The notes under the pieces were generated by a model. It was not told where the DNA came from. It did not search any database and worked only from the letters and a program-made list of their open reading frames with translations. 64,000 bases of DNA from Candidatus Absconditabacterales bacterium (lineage in GTDB: Bacteria; Patescibacteriota; Gracilibacteria; Absconditabacterales; Absconditicoccaceae), in NCBI GenBank assembly GCA_937923605.1, contig CALDTY010000014.1:24796-88795 (forward strand), in the 5' to 3' direction. A program made the translations under genes and the position numbers. Below, one piece after another: positions 46,968 through 58,744 of the stretch (within the stretch, counting starts at the first letter, position 1; each line of letters opens with the position of its first letter).

Positions 46968-47204
46968 CTAGTTATTTGGTAAACTAGTGAAGAGATCTCT
47001 TTTACTCTGCATCCAAGTTCACATTGCTTCAGGATCTTTCATCAGTTCTTTCATTTTAGACATTGCGTGCAAATGATCAGTATCATCTGTTTGCATCATC
47101 TCCTTTGCATGTTCTTGACTTAAGGTAGCCATCTGTTCAAAGGTTTCCGCATGAAACTCTACATCACATGCTCATCATAGTTGCTTACAGGTCATAGTTT
47201 TCAT
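46968..47204 (-). CDS. DUF1059-family small protein
   Basis: 78-aa code-25 frame: MKTMTCKQLGGACDVEFHAETFEQMATLSQEHAKEM.... Confidence 0.7.
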
Positions 47205-47226
47205 GATAGGAATATCAAAATTAAAA

Positions 47227-48648
47227 TTAAGATAACGAAGATTCAAGCACGGAGGCTATACGAAACATAGTAGCTTCATCTCGATGCTTCGTCATTATCT
47301 GGAATCAAGTTGGGAGAGAATATCCAGCTTCTTTAACATTTCACATTGGGATTGTTGCAGCAGGAATTCATGCAAGATTTGCAATTACAGTATATATATC
47401 GGCTAAATACATTTGAACAGGATCACTACTAAGTTCTCACAATTTCCAAGGTAGGATTGGTGAAGTTGGTCAAATAATAGCATCATAAGAATCAAATATT
47501 CAATCGATTTGTCTTGTCATCATTGATCTTACTTGTTGAGCCTTTTTATAATAAGCATCATAAAATCAAGCTGATAACACATAGGATCATACCATAATTC
47601 TTCTTAGAACTTCCGGTCAAAATCATTGCTGTCTAATTGTCGAATAATAATCATCTATAGATTCGAATGTGTCAGTTTGATTTCACAATCAGAATCTAAT
47701 ACCATCGAACCTAGATAGATTACTACTTACTTCTGCTGGACAAAGAATATAGTACGTAGGAACTCAGTAGGAAAGCAAAGGAACTTCAACTATATCAACC
47801 GTTGCTCATAATTTTTTAGCTATCTCAATTGTATGATCTAATCTATCTCTAATACGATCATCCAATCATTCTGATAAAAATTCTCTCGGTAAAGCTAGCT
47901 TGATTCAAGATAAATCATCTGACTGTAAAGATATATTCCAATCAGTCGTGTCATTAGATCTATATATAGTCATTGCATCAAAATTATCTTGTCAAGAAAT
48001 AGATTCTAACAACAATACAGCATCTTCAACTGTTTTAGTAATTACTCAAGCTTGATCCAAAGATGAAGACATTGCTTGTATTCAATACCTACTCGTTCTT
48101 CAATAAGTTGGCTTTACTCAGACTACTCCACACATTGCCGCAGGCTGTCTAACGCTTCATGCAGTATCAGTTCAGATTGAAGCTAAACATAAATCTCACG
48201 CTACTGATGCAGCGCTTCATCACGAAGAACCTCATGGAACTCTACTAAGATCTAGTGGATTTAATACGTTTCCGAAGTAACATGTTTCTGTACTACTTCA
48301 CATAGCAAATTCATCCATATTAGTTTTTCATATCATTAGTCCTCAAGCCTTTTCTAAATTTTGAATTACAGTACTTGTATAGGGTGAAACAAAATCTTCC
48401 AGCATCTTAGATCAACAGCTAGATATAGTTCATTGAACCAAAAAATTATCCTTGATCGATATGGGAGCTCAACATAATCATAATGAAGAAAACGCTTCAA
48501 TATTGGTTGAAGCGTATTCATTATGTATACGAGCAAAGGCATTAAAAGAATTTCAATCCGCCTTTTGTAAATATCAATCAATAGTTTCCTTAGGTGAAAT
48601 ATCTCATGTCTTTACTCAGTTTATATATCATGCAAGTGTCAGTGACAT
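47227..48648 (-). CDS. gatA: Asp/Glu-tRNA amidotransferase subunit A
   Basis: 473-aa code-25 frame: GAPISIKDNF, GKTNMDEFAMGSSTE, amidase signature [60 protein letters not shown]. Confidence 0.94.
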
Positions 48649-48697
48649 TCATTATTCATTCAGACAAAACGTGGGAAATCAACACTCAAATAAATAA

Positions 48698-49198
48698 CTA
48701 TTCCAATAATTCTTCTAAGACTTCAAATATCTCTTGAACTCATGGATCATCAAAATTTTGTACATCTATCTCTCATGAATCTCAGTTTGATCCATCATCT
48801 ATTTCTTCAATATCTACTGGATCGTTCCTATTATCAGTATCAACAGCATTTTGTTCATCTTGATCATTATCATCTTGATCGTCATTATCATCTTGATCAT
48901 CTTGATCATCTTGATCGTCATTATCATCTTGATCATCACTATCATCTTGATCGTCATTATCATCTTGATCGTCATTATCATCTTGATCCTCGTTATCATC
49001 TTGATCGTCATTATCATCTTGATCGTCATTATCATCTTGATCGTCATTATCATCTTGATCCTCTTGATCGTCATTATCAATTTGATTAACTACATCTCAA
49101 ATACTTGGTGAAGGGTTCTCTTGAGCATTTTTTGCTCCACATCAAATCAGTAAAAATCAAAATAATATACTCAATAAAGTAATAAGTATCTTCTTCAT
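48698..49198 (-). CDS. acidic repeat lipoprotein (166 aa)
   Basis: Signal and lipobox MKKILITLLSILFGFLLIGC, then about 12 tandem DDNDDQ-type hexapeptides and an acidic tail. Code-25 frame, stop TAG. Confidence 0.7.
48857..49078. repeat. tandem 18-bp repeat (plus strand ATCTTGATCGTCATTATC, about 12 copies, some degenerate)
   Basis: Directly visible periodicity. It encodes (D-D-N-D-D-Q)n on the minus strand and produces three long spurious repeat ORFs in other frames. Confidence 0.9.
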
Positions 49199-49279
49199 TA
49201 CAAAAAAATTATTATATAAAAAAACAAACTCTTATATATTACTATAATCAATGTCTAATGCAAGAAAACTGTATAATGT

Positions 49280-50191
49280 TTATAATGTGACTTCAGAAAA
49301 AATCTGGAACATGACTAATAAAAACAACATTACAACAAGCATCACTACAACTATATTTTTTATCAAGACTTTTGCTCTAGATATTCTGTCATCGCTCCCT
49401 CACGATGTTAGAAATACAAATCAAACGTATAAGAAAGAAAGAAAGATTGCTGCACCAAAAAGAAATCAAAGAAATTGAGCCACGTTTACGATTGTATCGA
49501 TGGCTAATCACTCAAAGTCTCAAGATTGTGCAATATAATACAAAAAATCTATTATTTTAATGAAAATTAATGCAATCATCACATTTAATAATCAGGTTCT
49601 AGCAGCGCTAATCTTATCATCCTCTCAACTAGCAAAAATAAGTCTTGATCAATATCGAGCAACCATTGCTATTGCAACGAAAAACGCAAATGCCTTTAAG
49701 AATCATATCAGCTGCAACACGAATCATTCCTCAGCTTTATTGATCAAACTATCATTATCACTTCAAATTAAACCAGAGAAATCTCAAATATTCAACACTG
49801 TGCCTAGAATCCACGTTGCTCAAAAGAATATCACAACTCAATAGATAATGTATAATAAACTCTTATAAGCTCAAACACGTTCTTCAGGATCGTCAGCTCA
49901 AACAACCATCATTCAACCTGTCCAAATTAACATTATAACTAGCAGTCCAACTCAAATATTTCTTATCAAATCTCGAATAGCTCATCAATCACTATCTCAT
50001 ATTGGTGGATAGAATATATCCTTTAAACTTTCAGTAAATGGTTTATTTATATCAATTTCAGATAGAGATGAGTACACTTTATCTCACTTTACTAATGGCG
50101 CAACAAAATCACTTACAAAACTTCACGCGAATACAGGCATCGTGTAGATTCAAATTATGCATATACAGAAGAACTTTAGTAACAATTTCAT
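49280..50191 (-). CDS. polytopic membrane protein (303 aa), possibly VirB6/TrbL-like
   Basis: Code-25 frame with a signal-like N-terminus (MKLLLKFFCICIIGIYTMPVFAG) and about 6 TM helices. Lies immediately downstream of the pilin-like gene. The family call rests on position and topology only. Confidence 0.55.
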
Positions 50192-50211
50192 CGTTTATCA
50201 TGACATAAAAA

Positions 50212-50703
50212 TTAATTTGGAGCGGTTGCTTGAATAGATACTGATAAAGTAATCTTTATTAGATAATAGAATCACGTAGCCACCAACAAACCAAGGAGCA
50301 CATAGAGTAATCTTTTCTTTACATTTGCAGCCTCTTCTGATTGCATAGGTGATAACACTAAGCGAAGTCCATTATAAATAATCAAAATCGTAGCAACAAC
50401 CATAGCTGAAAAAGATAATCGTTGCAAGTAAATTGCCACTTTCCTTCTTAAACTGTCTAAGGTGTTGGCAATAGCGAATTCCTCTCCATAAATTCCTCAT
50501 TCTTTAGTGACTTGATCAAGTTCAGACCAAATAATTTTGTCATTATTTCATTCATTCAATCTATTTACTACATGATCTAACACATCTTTTGGTTCGGCTT
50601 TATAGGAGTCTCGTCATTGTCAAAAAACCAATCACACTACTCAAAATGCTAGTAAATTGATTGTTACTAATCGAAATAGAACGTTTCTTATCTTGTTCAT
50701 CAT
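50212..50703 (-). CDS. TrbC/VirB2-like pilin candidate (163 aa)
   Basis: Signal/TM at the N-terminus (VLFRLVTINLLAFGVVGLVFG) and two C-terminal hydrophobic helices (AMVVATILIIYNGLRLVL, LLYVLLGLLVATGFYYLI), the usual VirB2 layout. Code-25 frame. Confidence 0.5.
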
Positions 50704-50788
50704 GTATGATCTTCTAAAGCATCTATCTAAAGTATAAGATTAAGCTATTTTTTTTGCAAATTTTTTTACCTTTGGATATACTTTGTAT

Positions 50789-51769
50789 ATGAATGTATTA
50801 CAAAAGATAAGTATGAAGATTTGAATACTGACCTTGCTATTTCTAATAGTGTTCTTTTTTCTATTTCCACCAGAGAAACCAATTAATCATTCTCACCGTC
50901 TTGATGACGATACAAAACACATTAGTATTATTGATAAGTGATCAAATCAAGTAACATGAGAAGATGAATTACTTCACTACTTTGAAGACGTTTGATGACT
51001 TCTATGAAAGCAATGAGCTCATACAAGCGCTTTAAATGAAGAAGAAATGAAATATCGTCTTGAAAAAATCTGTGAATTCTATGAAGATATATGTAATAAG
51101 ATACTACGAAGTGCTGACTATACACTACAAGAACAGTATTACTATACTCTTCTGATGATATACAATATTAAGATCATAGATTCAAATAGAACGCTAGCAA
51201 CTCCTAATACACTTCGCAACACAATATCCTCTATAAATATGATTCATAGTTCTCAAGGGAGGAGATGAAGTGCATGAACAACACATGTAAAAATGAATAC
51301 AAAAAAAATTGACTCACTAACAGAGTTTCGAAATGTGTTTAATCATGAAGTAGGATGACATATTCTAGACTTATGAGTCATTACAGACCAGTACTCTTCT
51401 TCTTTACATCCTGAATATACAGAATTCTGACAACCTAAATTTTGACTAAACGATCGAAGCATAAACTTCTATAAAATAAGTCGATTAGACGAAAATACAA
51501 GAAGACCAAACGCTAGTTATAAAGATTTTGTAAGTGGATATTCTCTTCATGATACATTTGAAGAAATAGCTGAATTCTCAAATGCTTGGATCAATCATCA
51601 TGATCTTCTTTTAGAATTAGCAAAAAACAATGAAAAGATAAAGCTAAAATATGAATTATTCCAAGAGATATTCTGAAATTGGTATTTTGATGGGGATCAC
51701 AAGACGCTTAATGAATTCGATCCAAATGAAAGAGTATTTGATTCTACTAAACCACGAAAAAATATGTAA
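50789..51769 (+). CDS. membrane-anchored putative zinc metalloprotease (HExxH)
   Basis: 326-aa code-25 frame. N-terminal TM ILTLLFLIVFFFLF and an HEVGGH motif (FRNVFNHEVGGHILDLG). Confidence 0.55.
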
Positions 51770-51833
51770 TTAATTTAGTATTTCCTCTTGTTCTAAGTTT
51801 GTGCTTCATTACTGTATTGAATATTTATACATA

Positions 51834-52868
51834 ATGAAAACAATGTTGCCAAATGTGGAAGATATACTAGCTCAGCTACAAATATGTGATTCTGAAGAAC
51901 AGCTCAGAGATTTTCATTCATCATATCTATGAAAAAAGGGATCAATAAACCTTCTATTCAAAGAAATTAAAGACTTATCTGATGAACAAAAGAAGACTAT
52001 GTGACAAGAAATAAAGTCACTGTTTGACGTAGTGCAAAATGAATTTTGAAAAAGACAAGATAATATAAAGAAAAGATACTGGAATGATAAACTTCAAAAT
52101 GAAATTATTGATATTAGTATTCCAGCAAACAAATTGCCAAGATGATACGCAAACTTACAAAACACCTTAAGAAGAAAGGTTGAAACAATATTCCAAGGAA
52201 TGGGATTTCATATAGAATACGGTCATGATGTCGTGACAGTTGCAGAAAATTTTGAGTCAGTCAACATACCTGCAAGCCATCCTGCTACCGAAATGCATGA
52301 CACATTATATGTAAAATCATCTAGTACTTGATGAGAAAGAAAATTATTAAGAACACATACTTCTGCTCATCAAGTAGAACTAATAAAAAAGCATTGACCA
52401 AAATGTAAGTTTGTTGTACCTTGAAAAGTGTATAGAAATGAAAATATGGACGCGTCTCATGATGTAGTATTTTGGCAGGTAGAATGAGTGGTTATTGATA
52501 AGTGAATTACGTTCTGACACTTTAAACACACTATGGAAGAAGTTCTAAAAGCAATTTTAGAAACAGACACAATAGAACTTAGAATGAGACCAGCATATTT
52601 TCCATTTGTTGAGCCCTGAGTTGAAATTGATGCAAAGACAGAAATAGGATGAAAAGAGAAACGATTAGAAATCTTGTGAGCATGAATGATTCACCCAGTA
52701 GTATTAGAACAAGCTTGACTTGATCCACAAGAATACTCTTGATTTGCTTTCTGATTATGACTTACTAGATTAGTAGCAATAAGGTATGGACTGTGAGACA
52801 TTAGACTTCTAACAAATTGAGATCTAAGATTTTTACACTCATTCCCAGAAGCAACAACGTTATCATAA
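51834..52868 (+). CDS. pheS: phenylalanine--tRNA ligase alpha subunit
   Basis: 344-aa code-25 frame: SHPATEMHDTLY, LLRTHTSAHQV, GKVYRNE, DASHDVVFWQVEG, RPAYFPFVEPG, EILGAGMIHP, GFAFGLGLTRLV. Confidence 0.94.
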
Positions 52869-52885
52869 AACAATTCTACAAACTA

Positions 52886-52917
52886 CAAAAAAGAGTCAGC
52901 GATGACTCTTTTTCTTT
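52886..52917. terminator. bidirectional rho-independent terminator
   Basis: AGAGTCA-GCGA-TGACTCT flanked by an A-run and a T-run, between pheS and the convergent giant gene. Confidence 0.8.
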
Positions 52918-52934
52918 ATCTATAATAAATATAT

Positions 52935-55900
52935 CTACTGAGGGACTTGATAGAAGAAATGAGGTGCCAATAACTCAGAGAGACATTGATTCTGCGTCGC
53001 ATGCTCTTCCATTACTTTCATTGCAACTGCACCAAGTGCAACTGACTCCATTCTTGTAAAAGCTCATCTGTTAGATAAAGCTTCAAGTTGATCTAATTTT
53101 TCGTCAATTACATCTTGTTCAACTCACTTAAAATCTCGAAGTGAAGCAATCAAATTAATGGCTGAGACTTCATCTACAATTCAATATGGATTCCTAACAA
53201 ATGAATCATATGTTGATTGATCAATAATTCATCATGCCAATAATCAATCGGCATGAGCCTCATGTTGTTGTGGACCTAAAACTTGTCCTTCTACAAGTCA
53301 TCATCGTCTAGCTAATAATTTTAGATATGCTTGATTAGTAATGTCTTCATTCTCCTGAAAATCTTGATTTTCGTTTCATCATCAATTATAAGAACAACTT
53401 GTTGACTGAAGGTACTCAAATGCATTTACCCTTTCTGGAGGTCGAGATGATAAATCAAATGAAGCAGATGAAGTGTCCGTATTTGGACATTCCATTCAAT
53501 CATCAGAATAACATTCCTTAGGCTCCTCTCGTCATTTCTCTGTATTTGGAACAGTAATAATTGTTACTAACTGGTCTCAAGAGCTAGGTGGTGATTGCAC
53601 TAATCAAGCCAAATTTCATGATGCGGGTCAATTAACTAAACCTGCAAGTCACTGTGTAGTTCAAGCATCAGTTGATCATACTCTTCATGAAATTCAACCT
53701 CATGTATCTCAAGAAGATCTACCACCTCAACTTTGTCATCAATCTCCTCATCAACCCCATTGAGTTGGAACAGGCTCCACAAAGATAGTTGGGTATACTC
53801 TAATAGGATAGCTACATGTTTCAGATCATCAAGTATCATTACTAATTGAAACTTTTATATAATCTGTGATCACCTCTAGAATATCAGGAATCAACCAAGA
53901 TGATCATCCTCATCCAGGATATATAATTTCATCAACTGTTATATCTCAAGGCATGATAACTTGAATTTGTTCTGTAGTTCCTCAAATGAATTCTCATGGA
54001 GAGTATACAATTGCTGGCACTCAACACGATGCAGAAATGATTTGTTTTACTTCACAACTAACAATTTCTTGAGTAAGTGTGTTTTCACATTCCCAGCTCC
54101 AACCAGTAGGAGTCTTTTGGAATACGTTCATTTCCATATCATCATATCACGTACTAGGTTCGTCACAATAAGCTGGCTTAAAGGTAGAAGTTTCTCGACC
54201 ATTAAAGAAGTTTGATACAACTCAATTTTCAGCTATCCATCCACAAACAGTGTCTTCAGTTTCTTGTTCTGCTTCACATTCTACTGCTCAACAATTCCAA
54301 GTTACTATTGTTCAAGGATCTGGAAATGGAGCAAAAATATCTGGGTCTAATCCATTGTCACAGTAATCCTCAGAATCAGTTCACTCATATCATGTTTCAT
54401 CTATAGTATAAACTCTAGCATTATCTCCACACTCCTCTGGTTGTCATACTACAGTAATTACCTGCTCACATTCTGCAGTAGATCACTTTAGATCAGAAAC
54501 AGTTCGCACAAATGTAATTTCATCTCAAATATTATATCCATCATCTCAATTTGTCTTATCAGAATCGTAATAAATCGCTTCATAGAAATTTCAATTTCAA
54601 TTACTGTCCGGTCATTCAATGGTAGATCATGCATCATCAATTAACGCAACATCCTCTATGATCAGACCAGGCTCTGCAAAATTTCATCGATTAACTGTAA
54701 ATGTACTTCATAAATCAATTGTCATATCAGTATCGTTAATTCAACCATAATTAACTCAAGCATCTCAACATTCCACAGGCTCTTGTAATACTTGAATTGT
54801 ACAATAATCTCATCTCTGCATACCAGGACATGTCCAAGCATATTCAGAATTTTCTTGATCATAGGTGACAACTGGATTAGCGAACTCATCGTCACAGAAT
54901 CACTCTAATCATCAAGCAAAAACTAATTGTATAGCCTGTTCTGTATAACTAATTGTAGTTCCAGCAGCAGGACCACACGGATCTTCAGGATCTTCATCTT
55001 CTCATAATTCTATACCATCTGTCAAATCAGGATCTCAGACAATCAATGGCTTAGGGCAAGTCATTGTAATTTCACTTCATCATATCATTGCTGTCATCTC
55101 TATCTTAATCACATACACACCTTCTTCATCATATGTAACCAAAGTAGCATCATCATTTGTAATTCAATTTTGAATAACAGCTGCATTCCAATCAACAGCT
55201 CACAATGAATTTCATGAAGCATCAAATGATATATCAACAGCAGTTCCAACTGGCACTAATCACTCTGTATCAACTCCATTATCTTTAAAAACTAGATTTA
55301 AATCATTACACAATGGAGTTGGGAAAATCTCCAAACTACATTCTTCTAATTCAGCATCTGCATATGTTCCTCATGGATTAACTGGACATTCCCAAGTAGT
55401 GATAAGTGGGAATACCGTACTAGCAAGTATTTCAAAATTTCAAGCTCTAGGTCAAGGTTGAGGTGCATCAATATTCTCATCAAATCTACACCAAGGTTGT
55501 CACTCTGGATAATTTCTTTTACTAAACAATGCTTGATCTGTTTCATTAAGTATACCACATACTCATGGCAAGTATCGCTGACAATGATTTTCTGTATTAC
55601 ACTCTCATTCATTGACTCTATCCCAATACCTATCTCCTTCTCATAGTTCATCAGGATTTTGGTCTTCTGGATCTGATCAACTGTCCTTACAATAAATTAC
55701 ATCTGGACCAAAATTGTCCGGATCATTATTGTAAGCTTCAGGATCATCTTCATCAACTATACATTCATATTCTGGGTATTTACAATTATCTAGACAATTT
55801 GGATCTTTATCTTGCTCACATTCCTCATCATCTGGAGTATCCTCCTCTCAATCTTGTCATGCTTTTTGAACTTCTCAATCTCAGCATCGAATTTTAGTAA

Positions 55901-58568
55901 GCTGACATGTATCTACAACTTCGTTATCGTTAATTCATAAACAGTTCCACTCTCGAGTATTAGAACCTGGATCAAAAGAAATTATTGGGTCTCCTGATCA
56001 ATCCTCCTCTACTAATCATTGTAAACAAGAAGCCATTGCAGGATTATCTTCCAGATCAAAATCTTCATCATATATTGTTTGTGGAGATGGACATTCTCAT
56101 GGCTCACTTTCTTCAGACACTTCAAATTCTTCTTCACATTCTAAAGTATCTCCCTCATCACCTTCGCCTTCATAAGAAAAAGTAACAGTATACTCTCATC
56201 ATGATCACGTGCTATATTGTTGTGTATATGATCAAGCAAGAGGGTTAATAATTGTTCATCAGTCTCCCCAAACCAATAATGTTCATGAAATAGCAAGAGT
56301 TACAGTAAATTCTTCATTAATTCATCAAGTTAAAGGGGTTAAGGTGAAGATATCAGCACAGGAAGTTTGTGGATATTCACAGATAGAAGTATCCTGATAA
56401 GTAGCACTTGGATTGAAATTTAGCGCTAATGGATCTATACATCCTTCTATCTCATCACATGTTCCTGGTAATGGATCTAATGCTGGGTAACTACATATCT
56501 CATTTATACATTTTTTGTCTTCACATTCTGTATCTGTTCCATCTGGACAATCTGCATCTGTTACGCAATCTGGATACTCACATCCTACATTAACATTTGC
56601 TGCAGGATCAAAATTTGTTGCATTTGGATCCGTACATCCTTCTATCTCTGCACAATGAGAATTACCTGGGTATGTATCGCCAACACAACATTCTATACTA
56701 CTATCACATATACAATTTGTATTGTTTAAATATGTATCTCATGGGCAACAAAGAATTGTAGCATCGCATATACAATTCGTGTTTCATGGGTAACTATCTC
56801 CATCACAACATGTGATTGAACTATCACATATACAATTTGTGTTTCATGGATACGTGTCTCCATCACAACACGTAATTGCACTATCACATATACAATTTGT
56901 ATTTCATGGATATGTGTCTCCATTACAACATTCTACACTACTGTCACATATTTCTGGACAATTTGGATTTCACGGATAACTATTACCATCACAGCATTCA
57001 ATTGTTGGGTTACATGTTATACTACAATTTGTATTTGGTGGATTTGTTTCTCCATTACAACATTCCAATGCTGGATCACACACACAATTTGTATTGTTTA
57101 AATATGTATCTCATGGGCAACACGTCGTTGATTGATCACATATACAATTTTGATTAGCTGGGTAAACATCTCCATCGCAACACGTAATTGCACTATCACA
57201 TATACAATTTGTGTTTCATGGGTACGTGTCTCATGGACAACAAACTGAAGCACTATCGCAACATGAAGGATCATTCGTCTCATCTGGAACATGATCACAC
57301 ACTCATGATTGACAAATGTCGTCTGTACAAATGTTTCCATCATTAAAACAACTGCTTCAATCATCTAAGTCAGTAAACTCACATCAATTAGTTGGATCAC
57401 ATGAGCCTGTAGTACATTCATTATTATCATCACACACAACAGGATCAGAGTAATCACAAACTCAATTATCACATACATTTTCAGTACATAGATTACTATC
57501 ATCACAAACAACACTGGTAAGTGTAAATTCTAACGAAGTAGCAGCACACGAATTTCAATCATCTAATGTGGCTGTGTATGTCCCTGGTCATAAGTTTCAA
57601 AATACTCAAGTTGAATTTGTAATAGTTCCTACTGTAAAAGAATACGGTTGAGTTCATCAAGATGCTGATAAGACTATAGATCCACCAACTCAAGCACAAT
57701 TAGGATTGTTAGATGATCATGTGAGTTCCAGTTCTGTAGGCTCTTCGATCTGTGAAAACTCTGTAAAATCGCAAGTTGCATCATTATATCCTATTGGATG
57801 TATGGTAAGAATATATCAACTTCAAACGATATTTGGTTCCAGTCACGTAACTGATGAAGTTGTAGGTCAGTGTGATCGTTGATAACTAAAATCACCTAAG
57901 TCGAAGGCAGAAGTTTCTACTAAAGTAAGAGAACCATCATCATCGCCAAAGCAAGTTATATCATTTCAATTTAAAGCAAACTCAGTGTTTATGTCATAAT
58001 GAGCAGGATGATCTGTTATGACCTGATTTGGACATAAACATAAACAGTCACCTGGAGTATTTGGATCTTCAACATATGGCATATCTATTGCTCATCAATC
58101 AAATGTAGCACAGGTATCTCACACAAGTGAACCAGGAATATTATCACAAGAAATTGGTGGTTCACAAGAGCAAGTACCATTTGAAGAAGAAACTAATAAT
58201 GGTGCCGCATTAGCTGAAATAAAATCAAATCATCAACCACTAGATTGTTCTGTACAAGAAAATGGGTAATCATCATAGTATATTGGTTTCCAGAGGGGGA
58301 CAGCTCAGGAATCATCTCTAATGTAATCAACATCCTGAAAATCACAAATATTCACATTACTGTTTTCACAGATAATTAATGCTGATGTAAGCGCTCACAG
58401 ATATGCACTTGATCAAAAATCACAAGTCCCGCATGGTATAGGTAGATCTACTTCAACTCAATTATCAATACAGGTTCACGAAGCAAATACACTTCAACTC
58501 GTAAAAAAAAGCAGAGAAATGATAGAAAGTAATCGAGTCTTATTCCGTCATTTACGAGAAAATAACAT
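52935..58568 (-). CDS. giant secreted Cys-rich surface protein (1877 aa) with SprB-like repeats, 20-aa Cys repeat array, Gly-rich linker and C-terminal tail
   Basis: I translated all 5634 nt in one code-25 frame and found no TAA or TAG. Signal peptide MLFSRKGRNKTRLLSIISLLFFTSGSVFA. SprB-like units (ITCFGDDDGSLTLV..., NCAGVGGSIVLSASGGTQPYSFTVG...GTYTATLDDGNSC). Ten copies of CC(D/P/N)GDTYPGNTNCICDS. Linker WGGGGDGGQSGGGRSSGDTGGGISG. Stop is TAG at 52935-52937. Confidence 0.85.
56641..57240. repeat. tandem 60-bp repeat, about 10 copies (coding, Cys-rich 20-aa unit)
   Basis: Near-identical 60-bp units, for example plus-strand CTATCACATATACAATTTGT... at 56701, 56821 and 56881. Each encodes CCxGDTYPGNTNCICDSxIx on the minus strand. 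Confidence 0.9.
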
Positions 58569-58683
58569 AAAAGAAAGCGTTTAGAAATTAAAAAAGATAT
58601 ATATCTGTAATGTACGTCTCATCATATGTTAATCAAGTTAATTATGGCTTAGTAAGGCTCAATATAGCTGTTTTAAGTTGACT

Positions 58684-58711
58684 TAAAAGAAAATCCCTAA
58701 ATAATTAGGGA
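58684..58711 (-). terminator. rho-independent terminator (minus strand) after the upstream giant gene
   Basis: TCCCTAA-loop-TTAGGGA hairpin followed on the minus strand by TTTTCTTTT, about 35 nt after the TAA at 58745-58747. Confidence 0.7.
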
Positions 58712-58744
58712 CTTCTTTTATAATAGTTATATAGATATCTTATA

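Noticed and set aside
48742-49111. Three long repeat ORFs in the track (HYHLDRHYHLD..., IMTIKMIMTIK..., IIILIVIIILI...).
   Set aside because: These are alternative frames or strands of the 18-bp tandem repeat. Only the minus-strand frame encoding the (DDNDDQ)n lipoprotein has a start, a signal peptide, a lipobox and a genuine stop.
53636-53839. 67-aa acidic ORF from the track (MILDDLKHVAILLEY...), and the analogous 59518..59718 ORF, appearing to sit downstream of each giant gene.
   Set aside because: Each lies entirely inside the continuous code-25 frame of a giant gene but in a different frame. Only the giant-gene frame keeps homology between the two paralogs and continuity with flanking domains. 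These ORFs are by-products of the TGA-dense Gly or Asp linkers.
56641-57240. Regular 60-bp repeats, and the 18-bp repeats at 48857-49078, considered as possible CRISPR arrays.
   Set aside because: There are no unique spacers between the repeats. The units are contiguous, they are in-frame coding sequence within long ORFs, and there are no cas genes nearby.
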